Assembly (NCBI GenBank): GCA_025786725.1
Contig: JAHLTZ010000003.1
Span: 744,001 to 808,000, forward strand
Origin: Syncephalis fuscata S228
Taxonomy: Eukaryota; Fungi; Zoopagomycota
DNA length: 64,000 bases
Direction: 5' to 3'
Part shown: positions 39,598-53,324 of the stretch, piece by piece
How the letters are laid out: the number at the start of each line of letters is the position of its first letter
Position numbering within the stretch: position 1 is the stretch's first letter
The notes under the pieces: generated by a model
Database searches by the model: none
What the model was told of the DNA's origin: nothing
Seen by the model: only the letters and a program-made list of their open reading frames with translations
Translations under genes and position numbers: made by a program

Positions 39598-41249
39598 CTA
39601 TCTATCCTTGCCCAGTTCTACCTTTTGACGAAGTGCTCTATCAGCATTGTAGATAAATGCATCGACTAGGCCAGCCACGGTGAACACACCGCCAATGACT
39701 GCACACACACTTGTCAAGAAGGTAAGGAAAGACCGATGGTTTTCCGTATAGATAATGACCATAGGAGAAATCTCATAATTAAAGAACAATCCTATATAAA
39801 TCAATACATGGTACATGCAGCGTACACGTGCATAGATGTATGCAGCAGACATTGTGGTGATAAAAGTGCGAATGCATAATAGAATATCGGTGTAGAAGTG
39901 GATAAATATTCACGAGGATATATGCATGCGTGTGAGTGATATGACATTCATGCATTCAATCTATTCCATCTTACCTGGTAGTCCTTGTTGAATGGGTTGT
40001 GCGTGTTGAGTAGCCGCATACTGATTTGTATGAATGGTGGTACCATTAAGGTACACAGCCTTGGTACCGACTACTTTGATGAAATATTGATAATCACATA
40101 TATCCTCTATAATATACATATATTAGTATTTAATAACAGCATTATTATCATTATTGTTATAGACTTACCGGGACAGTCATGAGTATGAACATCTTTGGAT
40201 TGACCATCTAGTGGATTAACTACATCGCTTATCTTCTCACCAAAACGCAGTTCATGAATTTCATGAGCAAAATCGTATTGGCGAGATAGATAGGGCATGA
40301 GATCGTGGACATGGCCATTTGATCCAGAGAAGGTGCGACCAAGTGCCAGATGGAAATTACCGGCCACTTTACGGACACCTAATTTACCGTGTAGATTGCA
40401 GCCTTCCTTTTCTTGAGCCAACATCTTTTCACTCCAGTGTTCTTTAATACACTGTAGTCAACAGAATAATAAATAATAAATACAATACAATACACCATAC
40501 TTACCTGTTCAATTTCATCAGCATTTGTAAATGACCAGCCTTTACGCATGTAAGCATCGCGCACTTCTTCACAAGTATTACAACAACCACTGGGTGGTTT
40601 TTCACCACCATAACAATCACCACAGTAATTGGGGTCTTTTGCTTTTACTAATCCTTGAACACTTTTGGCAGCACCGGTTGTACTATCACCAAGTACTAGA
40701 TAATAAAATGAATACACCATATTATACGTATATTTATCTTACCTTTCTCTTGTTCCTTTTCAATGATATGTCCATCGGAAGTGAGTCGAACTTTAGTAAT
40801 ATCATGCGATGTATCCGATTGTTCCTCGCCCGTAGCATCCATCACATGAACACCCAATACTGTAATAATATGACTATTAAATGATGTACAGCCGTATACG
40901 ATGTGCTTACCATAACAAGGAATTTTAGGCAACGTAATATTAAGCTCAATACTAAGACGCTCTTTACGCGCCTTGTCCACGATAAGCTGTGGCTCAATAT
41001 GCACCTTCATATAATCGTTGAATTCCGAAATAAGTAGAATAACCATGATAATACCACTAACAATAGTGACTATAGATTCACGTTAGTTAACCAGCATCTA
41101 AAGTAGCCAACTGGCCTGTCTCGCTCTATTTCCCGCATCTTTCACTTACCCAGTGCACCTGTCTTGGTACGAACACGGAAATCGTCTAATGTTTTGGCAA
41201 ACGCATCAAAGCGCTGCATATTTTCGAATATACTTCCTTGTTTGCCCAT
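39598..41249 (-). CDS. ERV46: ER-Golgi cargo receptor Erv46/ERGIC3
   Basis: Motifs are FDAFAKTLDDFRVRTKTGA, YCGDCYGG..CCNTCEEVRDAY, EGCNLHG..KVAGNFH and FFNYEISPM..FLTSVCAVIGGVFTVAG. It ends in ELGKDR. Confidence 0.95.
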
Positions 41250-41597
41250 GGTGTCAATAGCTTATGTCGCGGTTTTGTCGAGATGCATGCACCCTTGTGT
41301 ATCAAATAGCTAAACTAAAAAAGCTTAACCAGCAATCTCACTAAAGAGACGTATCTCTGAAGCAATCAAGAATAGGACAGCAACGGGTTTATTGCCGGTG
41401 TTGTTAATAGTAATACTAGTTAGTGTTCAAATGGCAAATAAAGGAATGAATAGGTAGAGATGAGCAAGTTAAGCTTTCTCTTTATTCGCTGCTATTGTAT
41501 TGCCAGATTTTAACTAAGGTGAATAAAACGTTACTGGCCAATCATCGTCTGTGATGAAATGTTCATTTTACGCAACCCATTGTAATGATTTAAATAA

Positions 41598-42600
41598 TTG
41601 ACCATGCTTAAATCATCATTTACAATAAACATTAAGCAATGCTGTTGTTTATTATAATTTCCATAAAATATAATTAAATATAAAAGAAGATTGTATCATT
41701 AATAATTTTAAGTATTTCAATAAAACTTGCCTTCGATATCTAAATTATTTTCCAGGAAAGATTAAACCTGCGTTCTCGGTGGTGATTGTGTTGATTTGAA
41801 ATGGTCTGACAAACTCAGCTGGTCTGTCATTCCCACTCCATATTAATTTATTAATATGAAAAATATTATTACTGGCCATGACATCCCAATTCCACACCAC
41901 TTGGCAGTTTTGACAGACTAAGGTAGTGTATTGAGTATGACCATTTATACTATTTTTTATTAACTCTTTCTCTTTCTCTCTTGATGGATCACTATTTAAT
42001 TACAAATACAAAGGCGTAGTTTAGAATAGATATGTTTACAGATATTTTATTTAACATTCAATAAACACTGTGCTTATATACTGAATCTGATGTTTAAAAG
42101 TCTAGTTGTAATTATAATATCATGTCTATGTAAATGCATTTGTTTATGCATTAATATTTATCCTTCTTATTTACTGATGACATTGTTTATAAATATACTG
42201 GTCTTTATTGTTTGTTGTTTGTCATTATTATTACACTCATTGTTTTACTGTTGACATTATTTTAAGAATATACTTGCTTTTATGCTATTGATTCTTATGC
42301 TTTTTTATTCTATCACTTAAGCAATTCCCTCATCGGTATTTCAATTTGTTCATAGTCTTTTTATGTGCAATGCCATTCAATTTATGGATTGCATATATTA
42401 CATTATTTATTAATTAAATAATGACAATATTTTTTGTACATTAAAGTATTTATTAATGATTTATTGTTTTTTGGTGGTCAAATGACTACATCTAATAACA
42501 TCCAATCTATTGAACATGATGATGGGTGGTGAGTGACATTAAATGTCAAACCATAACGTTTTAAATACTTTACAGTAATATAATATGGATTAAAATTGAT
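41598..42600 (-). mobile_element. Degenerate modular repeat carrying a second-family Fanzor C-terminal remnant (41745-41999)
   Basis: A stop-free minus-strand frame reads INGHTQYTTLVCQNCQVVWNWDVMASNNIFHINKLIWSGNDRPAEFVRP...K*, i.e. the second CxxC of the Zn ribbon plus a WN(R)D RuvC-III motif. It is flanked by segments shared with 6281-6373 and 6771-6898. Confidence 0.8.
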
Positions 42601-43111
42601 TTACTATTATCATTTATCTATTATTTATACTATAATAATAATAAATTACAATAATTATCGATCTAATATTATTTACTGCTTATTATGATTATATACATTA
42701 ACATATACGAGTATATAGCCTGTTTGCCATCAAAGCTGCTATATACTTTGGTTTGCTTAGATTGTTAACATAGTCATTGTGCTAGTTGCTATACATGATG
42801 AATGTGGTGGCCAAATACCGCCAATAAATTACCAAGTGTAATAAAAGTCAATTTTCTAATGACAAAAGTAGCCATAGAAGGTGTCATTATCAAAATACTA
42901 AAACATAATCATACTATAGAAGATGAAACAATAGATCAATAGTTTAAATAAATAAACAACGCAATATCAATGTCAGTAGAAACATGCACAGTATATCCAG
43001 TAAATAGTCCCCAGTCTAAAGCTAGGTATTCAAAGCTCATTAGCCGTTTACTTTAAAGCCCACATCTAGTATAATAGAAATTGACAAAACTATTTAATAT
43101 ATACACAACGG

Positions 43112-45763
43112 CTATTTCCAAATACAAATATCACCAGTAGCATCGGCACTAGCAATACACACATCCGATGGTGCCCAGCAAACCGTATTTACCGATCCAC
43201 TATAAATAAGACGTTAGAATTGTTACTATTATAGATAATAATGGCTTACTTGTGTTCGGTTAATACTTCACAATTGGACGTACTAATTTTCCAAAAAAAT
43301 ACACCGCCATCTATTAAGTAAAAATAAGCGTATTATAAACACCATAAATACTATAATGTATACTTACTAGAACCACCAGCCATTACATATTGACCATCGG
43401 GGCTGTAAGAGCATTGATTAATAATATTCATATTGTTATTATTATTATTATCTAATTTACCTAAATACACATCGAGTCCAATTGGCTCCTACTCGATATT
43501 TGTCATTGCTATAGCATGTTGTTATTATTTATACGAGAGTGTAAATATTGTAAATAATAACCTTAATTTATTAAAGTTCTTGAATGTTCGTGTATCTGTA
43601 ACAATAATGTTATTATCACGAGCTGCCGTCAATAACTGATGGCCATCTGTAAATATATATATATATAATATCAATATATCAATATGTCAGTATATCAGTA
43701 AAATTGCTAATAGTGCATTCTATTTAATACCTCGAGATATTGCTACTGATGTCACTTGACCAGTATGTAATTTAGTAGCTTCTTTAAAGCATTTTCCTGA
43801 GCGACTATCCCAGAATCGAACCGCCGAATCAACATGTCCAGAAACGATAATCGTTCTAATAATCTATTAATATATAAATATACACACTATATACTAGGTA
43901 CTTGCCCATCATAATCCCCTAGTGTCACACTATTGCAACTAGAAAGCGAAAATATTGTTTGATTGCCTAATGACATAGTATACTTAGATATTGTCGCTAT
44001 AATGACAGTAATTCATATTACATACAATAGCCCTTGTTTAAATCCCATATTTTAATAGCTCGATCGTGTCCACCTGATATCTATGGACAATTGTATTAAT
44101 GACTATAGTATAATAAGTATTGCTTATACTACATACCACTTGTGTGCCATGACTATTAAATACGGCAGAATACACTTTACCGACATGGCCAGTCAAGGAT
44201 GCCTAGTAATTAAACAGTTAGTCTATTAAACAATACTATATTATCGTTATTATATATATATTACCCGTTGTCGACCCGTTTCAGTTTCCCAAAGATGAAT
44301 AATATTATCATTTGATCCAGCTAGTACTTGAGATCCAATCATATTAAACGCTACACACATTGTATCTCGTGTACATCCCGTAAGTGTACGCGACAGACTA
44401 CCTATAGCATATAAATTAACTTAATCTTTCATTCTATATCTATTTATATGTACCTGTTTTAACATCCCATAGTTTAACTAGATTATCGGCTGCTGTTGTA
44501 GCTAGCCATGTACCATTATCTGATACAGCCATATCATAAATCTGTTCTTTATGGGCCGACTAATAATTAACAAGCATTAGATGACTATTTCTAAAAGCCT
44601 ATTATCTTACTATAGTAGTTGCCAATTGAGTAGGTGCTACTGATACTAATGACCGCTGCCGTAATCTATTTAATACAAATAGATTATTAATGGTCTATAA
44701 TAGAATAGTATAAACTCAATTAGACAATACTAACGATGGTTTTTGCGTAATATCCTCAATATTGTCTGTATCTGACACTTGAATCTTTGGTCTATTAAAT
44801 GTGCCATTAAGTGTAAATATAGTTAATTTAAATCTATTATTACAACATCAATTATTAATCAACGACCTACGGCTGATCCACAAGAATAACTGCATTCATA
44901 TCATCGGCCTCTTGGTTCATCTTCTGTAACCAACGATCCAATAGTTGTTTATTTTCTATTTCTAATGTTTTAGTACGTTCATCCATTTTGTACAGTTCCA
45001 ATTGAGCTGTTGATAATTCATCTTGTAGAACCTATTCATATTAGTGTATTACTGTCAATATTACTATTGCAATATCTATTCTCTTTACCTGTACTGTGAC
45101 ATCCTTTTCGCGTAATTGCTCTCGTTGCATATCAACACGAGATGTTTGCACTTTAAGTTCATCGCTTAACTGTTCAACTCTATAATTAATAGAATTAGTC
45201 TTTTAATTATACGGCCACTACTGTTGAGTTATACTTGATCTGCGCCAGTTCTTCCTTGGTTTTTGTCTCCTTTAACAGTTCATGTTGTTCAATGAGGCGC
45301 TGTTGCGTATCTTTATGTAAAGTGCGTAGTTGTTCAGCCTCTTCACGCATTCGTACCAATTCACGCTCTAACAATTGACATTGCTCTGCCGTAACTACCA
45401 CACTAAATAGGCCGTGAATATGAACACAATTGTATATCTATATATCTATATATCCATATAGAATAGATTGTACAAACCTGCTTGACTTTAGTGTTTGGTG
45501 TTCATGAGTCAGTGCGTCGAGTAAGTGTTCCAGCTCTACATTTCGCGTCATATATTGTGAAAGATGTAGATTCAAATTATGGTCTATAGACATATACAGT
45601 AGGAGCAGTAGTAGAAGAAGATAAGGTGTTTAGCAGAGTCCGCATATACACATCTTTACAGTAACTTACAAGCCAAACACAATTTCCGTTGTGGTTTTAT
45701 TGCCACATCTCGTTCTTCCAACCGACTAGCAAGTAATATTTGCCAATGAGAAGAAGTGGCCAT
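43112..45763 (-). CDS. ATG16: Autophagy protein ATG16 with C-terminal WD40 repeats (ATG16L1-like); ~14 introns
   Basis: N-terminal HWQILLASRLEERD (ATG5-binding helix-like) precedes the coiled coil LQDELSTAQLEL..ENKQLLDRWLQKMNQEADDMN. WD repeats include LTGHVGKVYSA, SGGHDRAIKIWD and SGHVDSAVRFWD. Confidence 0.88.
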
Positions 45764-46067
45764 ATTTAACTAACAAGATGCAATTGACTGGTTATTGGCA
45801 GTGTTATGTAACAATTGAGATAAAAAGAGTACTGTTGATACAACAAATTGTGGCTGGTAATCATCATTACGTATCAAAGTTATAATTATTCTTTTTTATA
45901 AACAATAGCCACACACACACACACACAACGTTTATTGTAAAGTATTCGCGTTATTGATTTTACGATCTACTCTCTTTGATTAATCAAACACTTATTGTGC
46001 GTGACTAGTTATATAGTAGCTACAGTAGTTATATCTAGTGAGTTGAGTGACTATTATACACTTTGCC

Positions 46068-49000
46068 ATGAGTGGATTACCTATTGAAGAAGAGGTGAAT
46101 GAACATGAAGTGAATGTAAGTAGTGTTGGGTAAGTAGTTGTTACATAGACTTATACACGCTGTAGTTTCTTCAACTTAAACAAGTTAAAAATGATACGGT
46201 TATTAAAGTAACTGAAACGGCATTTGATCCGGACCAAGTACCGGCTAGTGCTAACTTGCTTGTCGTATCTAATATTTATGGCTACGTCATTATTGGTACT
46301 TTGAATGGTAAGTATCTATATTATATTATATTTTATATAGTACAGTATACCAATATTATTTATATTTATATATATATATATAACTAGGTCTGATGTATGG
46401 ATCGACCAATGCACTATTATCTGCTTATAAGGATAGCGCTAAAGATCCAAAAACAATACATAAACCACGACGACATGTACGCCTTCCAATGAAGGATGGT
46501 GCAGTAATACGCCAACTAGCATTATCGGCTGATGAACTTGTAGTGCTTATTGCTCTATCTAATGGTACAATACTGTGTATTGAGACATCATCATTAGAAT
46601 ATGCGGTAAATATAACATACAAATATAGAATAGTAATATATACAAATATCTAATAATAGAATAGGATAAAACATCGATTTATAGTCGTATTGAACTTGAA
46701 GGGGAAATTGCTTATTTACTACCAAATCTAGAAGCCTTTAAAGATATGTGTGCTGTTGTTATGATGAATGGACAATTACGTCTATTTGATATAAAACCAG
46801 GCACTACTTCTACACCAACTACTATAGATTTGAATGGTGAACAAGCCATTTGTGGTAAGTAATGATTAAATATAAGTTAATTGATCAATATCCATATGTA
46901 TATTTATATCTATATGTATATCATATTTATATGTATTATTAGCTTGTTGGTCTCGTAGAGGAAAACAAATTATTTGTGGTATGAAGTCAGGTCTAATTCG
47001 TCAATATACACCTACTGGAGAATTGAAGCGAGAAATTGCCTGTCCACCCTCATTATCCCAACCATCTACTGGTAATTGTATAATATATATATATATATAT
47101 ATATAATATAATATAATATAATATAATATATATATCTAATGTATATTGTTATTTAGTACAAGCCACATTATGGATAGAGACCAATGTCATTCTAGCTATT
47201 TATGCACCCGGTCCTGACGAGAATGGAGAAGTAGATGAAGCAATGAAACATGACTATGGTGTCTATATGATATCACAGGCCAGTAAAGGAGCACCATGGT
47301 GTTATAGAAAAATGCCAGATCCATGTCCACCATGGGGTATGTTAGATAGATTAAGTCATTTCTATTTTACTTGGTTAAAAGATTGGTAAGTAGATGGGGT
47401 ATAGAAGAGTAGTAACTACTCATATCTAACATATACACTATAGGTCATCTATGGGAAAGCATATTATTTGTATGGCCAATAGTCCTTCTACCGATATTGG
47501 TATTATTGGTGAATCATTAGATACGACAGAAGGATGGCAAGTATGGTTACCTGCCGATGAAAGTGATCGGGCTGCATTGCCTCTACCACAAGATTCAATG
47601 GATACAGCACCAATTGGATTAGCATTAAATACAGTTCTATTAGAAGAGGAGGGTGCAGTATCATGGCCATTATTAATTGTCTATACACTTGAAGGCACTC
47701 TTGTATGTTATAATGTAATGGATACGAAACAAGAAGAACAAGGTCAACCGTGTTCATTAATGCAAGCACCACAACCATTACCTAATACATTAGGTGGTAC
47801 GGCTTCAATCATTTCAAAGAGAGAAATTGCTACTCGAATGGCCAGTAAATCTAAGGAAGCATCAGTAACAACAACGAGTATGTCCAAGCCAACTACATCT
47901 GCTACTCAACAACAAACATCAAATACCAAACTACCAGGCAATGCATCATTAACCGCACAGCCATTTAGCAAACCTGGACCTATTTTAAAGTTTGGTCAAT
48001 CTTCTTCTAATTCTACTACTACTACTTCTACTTCTACTTCTACTTCTACTAATCATCGAGCAATGGGATCAACTACTGGACAGTTACAACAATCATCTGG
48101 ATCATCTCAAAAATCAGTAAGTATTAATTAGTGTCAAGTACAAGTGTAATTAATACCAATGGATTAGATTAATACTACACAGCCTTCTACATTAACAAAG
48201 GTATACTACTATACATTAATAAGCTATTAATACCAAGATTAATATGATCTATTTTGTTACTAGCGTTTATCTGATGAATATTTTGCTACACTTTCATGGT
48301 TTGATTCAGAATTACAATTGGTAGGGTAATTGTATTTATAATATTAATAACTAATTGTTTAAATATAGCTATTTAACGAACTTGGTACGGCATTTGCATT
48401 TATCGATGATATGGCAAATGATACTAAAGATATATCTATGCCTTATACTGCTCAACATATGCGACAACGTTTGAATCAATTAAATCAACATATCTCTTCA
48501 TTAAGAGGTCTAATACTTAGTGAAGAAACAGAGGTTAACCATTTAGGGAAGGTATTCCTTATGGTAAGTATATTATAGCTATAATGAAATAAGTATTTAC
48601 CATATTATACAGTGGAAGGAAAGAGTACAGAAATTAAATATTGGCTTAAATCGCACGGCAATGAAGTAAAATCAGATCAATCACAGCTGTTAGAACAACT
48701 TGATCCATTTTTTGTTGATTCAGATCAAACACTTCGTAAAAAGACTGAAGTAAGTAATACTAATAAGTAACAATAAATTAATACTAATTAATACTAATAT
48801 GACAAATAGGTAATAGAACGACAATTAATGAGGTTGAGAATTGGTTACAATCACAGTATAATAGAACAAAAACTTCAATGTCTTTATCATCAGGCCGGTA
48901 AGATACAGTAGTTATTAATATTATTAATACTAACCTATATAATTATATATTATTAGAACACAGCCACCATTACATACTATTTGTCAAGCTATTGAAAACA

Positions 49001-51962
49001 TTTCAACGGCTACACGTCGACAATTAGAGAATATTGATCAATTGGTATCACAATTAGATAGACTATCCATGGCCAATATACCGAATACTGGATCACCATC
49101 AAGCCATAAAGAATCTTGTAACAAAGTGTCGATTGATATTGGTCCATCAGTAGCACGAAAACGACATTTACGTCAACGATTGTATAATATTATGTCAGCA
49201 CGAGATACACCACGCCATGCTCGATTAACTGAATTACCAGGCGTGAAATTGGCTGATTTAAGTATTATACGATCAGAACGTTTACAACAACATTACAAGG
49301 CTTTGAAACAACAGAACATAACAATAATAACAACGATGAATCCATACTGCAATCATTAGAACAGCACTCATTATCTAATATTACATCAGACTCTATTAAT
49401 CCATTTGATATCAATGCTTCTAATATTGAAGATACGGCAACAACACCTGATGCTCTACCGGTAGATGAATTATCATTTAGTGATATGCCACCTATGGCAT
49501 GGAGTACACCATCGAAGAAGGCTGTTTTACAAGATGTTAATTTACCTGTGCCATTACAATTTACTAAAACAATTCAAAAAAATGATGTATTTAATACATC
49601 AAAAGTGGATGATGATGAACATGTATCAGACAATTATCGTATATTTCAAATGAATCAACAGATGAAGAGCCACCAATTAAATTATCAGATTTGTTAGATA
49701 CTGTAGAAGAGAAGACTGAAGGTTTAACTGTTAAAGAGGCCATAGAAGTGACAGATACTGAACCAATTAATAAATCAGTGTTGACAGTTGAAGTTGTAGA
49801 ATCTACTATAGAAGCTTCAACTACACCACCCATGTCACCAACTGATTTGAATACAACATCAGAAGAAGAAGAAATTGATGTTAATTTATCTAATCAAAGT
49901 GAATCAGAGACCGATGATTTACAACATGCTGAAATTACATCTAGTGAAGAAATAAGAGAAGAAGAAGAAGAAGAGGAAGAAGAAGAAAAAATAGAAGAAA
50001 TAGAAGAAATAGGAGAAGAAAAGAAAACAAGAAGAGGATGAACAAGTAATAGAAGAGGAAGAGGAAGAAGAAATAGGAGAAATAGGAGAAGAAAGAAGAA
50101 GAAGAAGAGGAAGGAGGAGGAGGAGGAAGAACAAGTAATAAAGAAATAGGAGAAGAAACTGAAGAAGAAGAAGAAGAAGAAGAAGAAGAAGAAGAAAAGA
50201 AGAAGAGGAAGAAGAAAGAAGAAGAAAAGAAGAAGAAGAAAAGAAGAAAAGGAGAAGAAAAGAAGAAGAACAAGTAATAAAAAAAGAAATAGGAGAAGAA
50301 AGAAGAAGAAGAAGAAGAGGAAGAGGAAGAAGAAGAAGTAGAAATAGAAGAAATAGGAGAAATAGGAGAAGAAAAAGAGGAACTTTTATCAAGTGAAGCA
50401 AGTCGAATTGAAAGTGAATATGCTGAAGAGATTGAAGACTATACTGAAAAAGAGAAAGATGTGGAAGATGTAGTTCAAGAAAGTACTAAACTATTAGAAT
50501 CTACTCCTAAAGATAATAATGAACAAGTAGAAGTAGAAGAAATACAAGATTTAACAGTTAATGATACAATTACTCAAACAAGTGAAGAAAAAGTAATTGA
50601 AGTAATAGAGAAAGAAGAGGATATAGAAGAGATTATATCATTACCAGATGTATCTACATCTAATAAGATTGATATTAATAATGAAGAAGATGATGACATT
50701 TTAGTAGTACAACCACCATCGCGTTCTAATACAATGATTTCCTTAAACTTTTCAGCTTGTGGTATGGACTCGGATGAGGAAGAAGAAGCACGGGCTGCAG
50801 TCAGTGTACCAGGATTACAAGAGGAAAGTGTAGAATCTATGGAAATGCATTCAACCTTTGGTAATTTTGGTCTGGGTACAAGCAGTGGATGGAATGCACA
50901 GAAAAGTAAGTAATTTAGTTAATTAGTTAATTAGTTAATTAATATTTATTAGATACAAGTGCTTTTGGTCAAGGATTTGGTTCTACAACCAATAATGACA
51001 ATAATAATCCTAGTGGATTTTCATTTTCATCGTTTGGATCCACTTCACAACAAAGTTCAGCTTTTTCAGGTGGATTTGGTCAAGCCAGTACTGGTACTGG
51101 TACAAGTGGTGGATTTGGTCAGTCTGGTAATAATAGCTTTACCAATCCAACTGGAGCAGGATTTAAAACAGCCGGTACTGGATTTGGTGCAATGGTGCTT
51201 GGTCAAACAGCCAATACTGATACACCAAGTGGAGCATTTAGCCAAACCAGTTCTACGTTTTCAAATACTCAAGGTTTTGGACAAACAAATACTCCGACCA
51301 GCACTACTAAGCCAGTATTTGGTCAAACATCGTCACTTGGCAGTAATGCACCAGTCTTTGGTCAGACATCGTCACTCGGTAGTAATGCACCAGTCTTTGG
51401 ACAGACATCATCGTTAGGAAGTGGCGGTTCAACATTTGGACAGACATCATCATTAGGAAGTGGCGGTCCAGCATTTGGACAGACATCATCACTCGGTAGT
51501 AATGCACCAGTCTTTGGTCAGACAACGTCATTAGGCAGTACAGGTAGCGGATTTGGCCGATTTGCTAGTACAAATCAAACATCTACTGCATTCAGTGGTA
51601 GTAGCACTGGTTTTGGTGCATTTGCTGCGTAAGTAACTACTCTATTAATAGTATTATTGATATACTGATAGTATTCTAGAAACAATTCAGTGGGATTTTC
51701 ATCGTTTGCCAGCCAAAACCAGAATGCCTTGGATCAAGCGGACAATCAAGAAACATCTGCCGGTTTTAGGTAGGGACTTGTTTTATATTGCCAAATTCGT
51801 TTCACTAATTTAGTTGACATTTTTGGCAAATGTATAGTACTACAACATTTGGCGCTGCTAAAAAGACGCCGTCAGCATGGTAAAAATAGCGAATAAATGA
51901 CCGTTTTATATTACTAACTGTTAAATAGGGGAAACAATACTTTTACTCAGCATCGCGGTTAA
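46068..51962 (+). CDS. NUP159: Nucleoporin Nup159/NUP214 (beta-propeller, coiled coil, acidic tract, C-terminal FG repeats)
   Basis: Propeller motifs are NLLVVSNIYG, CWSRRGKQIICG, RAALP..DTAPIGLAL and PLLIVYTLEGTL. PxFGQTSSLG repeats follow and the protein ends FTQHRG*. Several frameshifts are present. Confidence 0.85.
49944..50400 (+). repeat. Purine-rich (GAA)n-type tract encoding a poly-Glu region within the nucleoporin
   Basis: About 450 bp, almost entirely A/G, with recurring gaagaagaa, gaaataggaga and gaacaagtaata units. The reading frame is repeatedly broken. Confidence 0.9.
51312..51545 (+). repeat. 39-bp coding tandem repeat x6 (PVFGQTSSLGSNA / GSGG variants)
   Basis: Visible in the DNA and in the translation of ORF 51192-51632. 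Confidence 0.92.
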
Positions 51963-52136
51963 AGACAGCCATGTGGATTTGTTACTTTATTCGATCAAAT
52001 GACCAATTGGCATTTGCCTAAAGCGTATTTCTTTAGCACGTGGCTATCTATTTTATATTTCAATTTTAAATAAATCTAAGTTGTCTGGGCATTATATTTT
52101 CGTATACCATTTCTCGCCTCTTCCTCCTCGTTTACC

Positions 52137-53324
52137 ATGACCAACTATAAACCATTTTTTATGATAATGACGTTGGCATGGCTCATGCTAATGAATCAAA
52201 CATGGGCCATGGAACTTGCCAATGAGACGCAAATTCCTGTTGAACTTCAAATGCAAATAGACGGTGCTTATATCGTAAAATTACGATCGACCACCAATGC
52301 CAATGAATATTTGAATCGATTGAGTGCAAATCAAAAAAGCAATTTAGATATACAACACATTTACAGTTATGGTGAATATCAAGGATTTGCTAGTAAATTG
52401 TCGTATGATGCAGTTCGCCAGCTACAGCGTGATCCAGATGTCGAATACGTAGAACCACAGCGTATTTTGCATATCACTGGACAGCAGGAGAATCCGCCTA
52501 ATTGGGGCCTATCTCGTATAGCCAATAAATTGCTTAATCTTGATCTACCATACATTTATCCGGATAGTGCTGGTGCCGGTATAGATGTGTGGATACTCGA
52601 TACGGGTATTATGACGAATCATACGGAATTTGAAGGACGAGCTAGCATGTCGGCTAATTTCGTTAATAAAGAAGAATATGCCGATTTAAACGGTCATGGC
52701 ACGCATGTTGCCGGTATTGTTGGCTCAAAAACCTATGGTGTAGCTAAGAAAGCCACTATCCTTGGTGTTAAAGTGCTAAACAGGCAAGGACTCGGTATTG
52801 ACGCCAATATTATTGCAGGAATTCAACATGCTGTGAAACATGCTCGACCCAATAAATCGGTCGTTAATATGTCGTTTGTTGGCAGTAAATCCGAACCACT
52901 GGATGATGCGGTTAATGCGGCCGTTTCATCGGGTGTACCATTTATTGTAGCAGCCGGCAATGGTCGTCAAAATGCTTGCAACAGTTCACCATCTGGAGCC
53001 AGTAAAGTATTTGCGGTGGCGGCCAGCAATAATAAGGATCAGCAAGCACAATTTTCAAGCTATGGCAAGTGTGCCAAATTATACGCTCCTGGTACAGCTA
53101 TCACTTCACTGTGGATTGGCGATGACAATGCAACTAGCACTGCTTCTGGCACGTCAATGGCAGCTCCACACGTAGCTGGCGTGGCGGCAGTATATTTGGC
53201 TACTAATGATTATCGTTCAGTTGATGATCTTTATAACACGCTTATTAATCGTGCTACACCGGGTATGATTACGCGTACCTCACCTGGAGCAATCAATAAG
53301 ATTGTTTTCATTGCGAATCAATAA
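52137..53324 (+). CDS. Secreted subtilisin (S8A, proteinase K-like) with an I9 propeptide; intronless
   Basis: Signal peptide, YIVKL I9 domain, and catalytic motifs ILDTG, GHGTHVAG, AAGN and SGTSMAAPHVAG. Confidence 0.96.
   Translation: MTNYKPFFMIMTLAWLMLMNQTWAMELANETQIPVELQMQIDGAYIVKLRSTTNANEYLNRLSANQKSNLDIQHIYSYGEYQGFASKLSYDAVRQLQRDPDVEYVEPQRILHITGQQENPPNWGLSRIANKLLNLDLPYIYPDSAGAGIDVWILDTGIMTNHTEFEGRASMSANFVNKEEYADLNGHGTHVAGIVGSKTYGVAKKATILGVKVLNRQGLGIDANIIAGIQHAVKHARPNKSVVNMSFVGSKSEPLDDAVNAAVSSGVPFIVAAGNGRQNACNSSPSGASKVFAVAASNNKDQQAQFSSYGKCAKLYAPGTAITSLWIGDDNATSTASGTSMAAPHVAGVAAVYLATNDYRSVDDLYNTLINRATPGMITRTSPGAINKIVFIANQ

Noticed and set aside
49919-50401. Minus-strand Leu/Phe/Ser-rich ORFs that look like membrane proteins
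   Set aside because: They are antisense shadows of the GAA-rich poly-Glu tract in the nucleoporin.
51312-51545. CRISPR-like regularly spaced repeats (also 59720-59900)
   Set aside because: These are contiguous in-frame coding repeats without unique spacers, in a eukaryotic context with no cas genes.
52137-53324. Horizontal transfer of the intronless subtilisin from bacteria
   Set aside because: It has the typical fungal proteinase K-type I9+S8 architecture. Lack of introns alone is not evidence of transfer.
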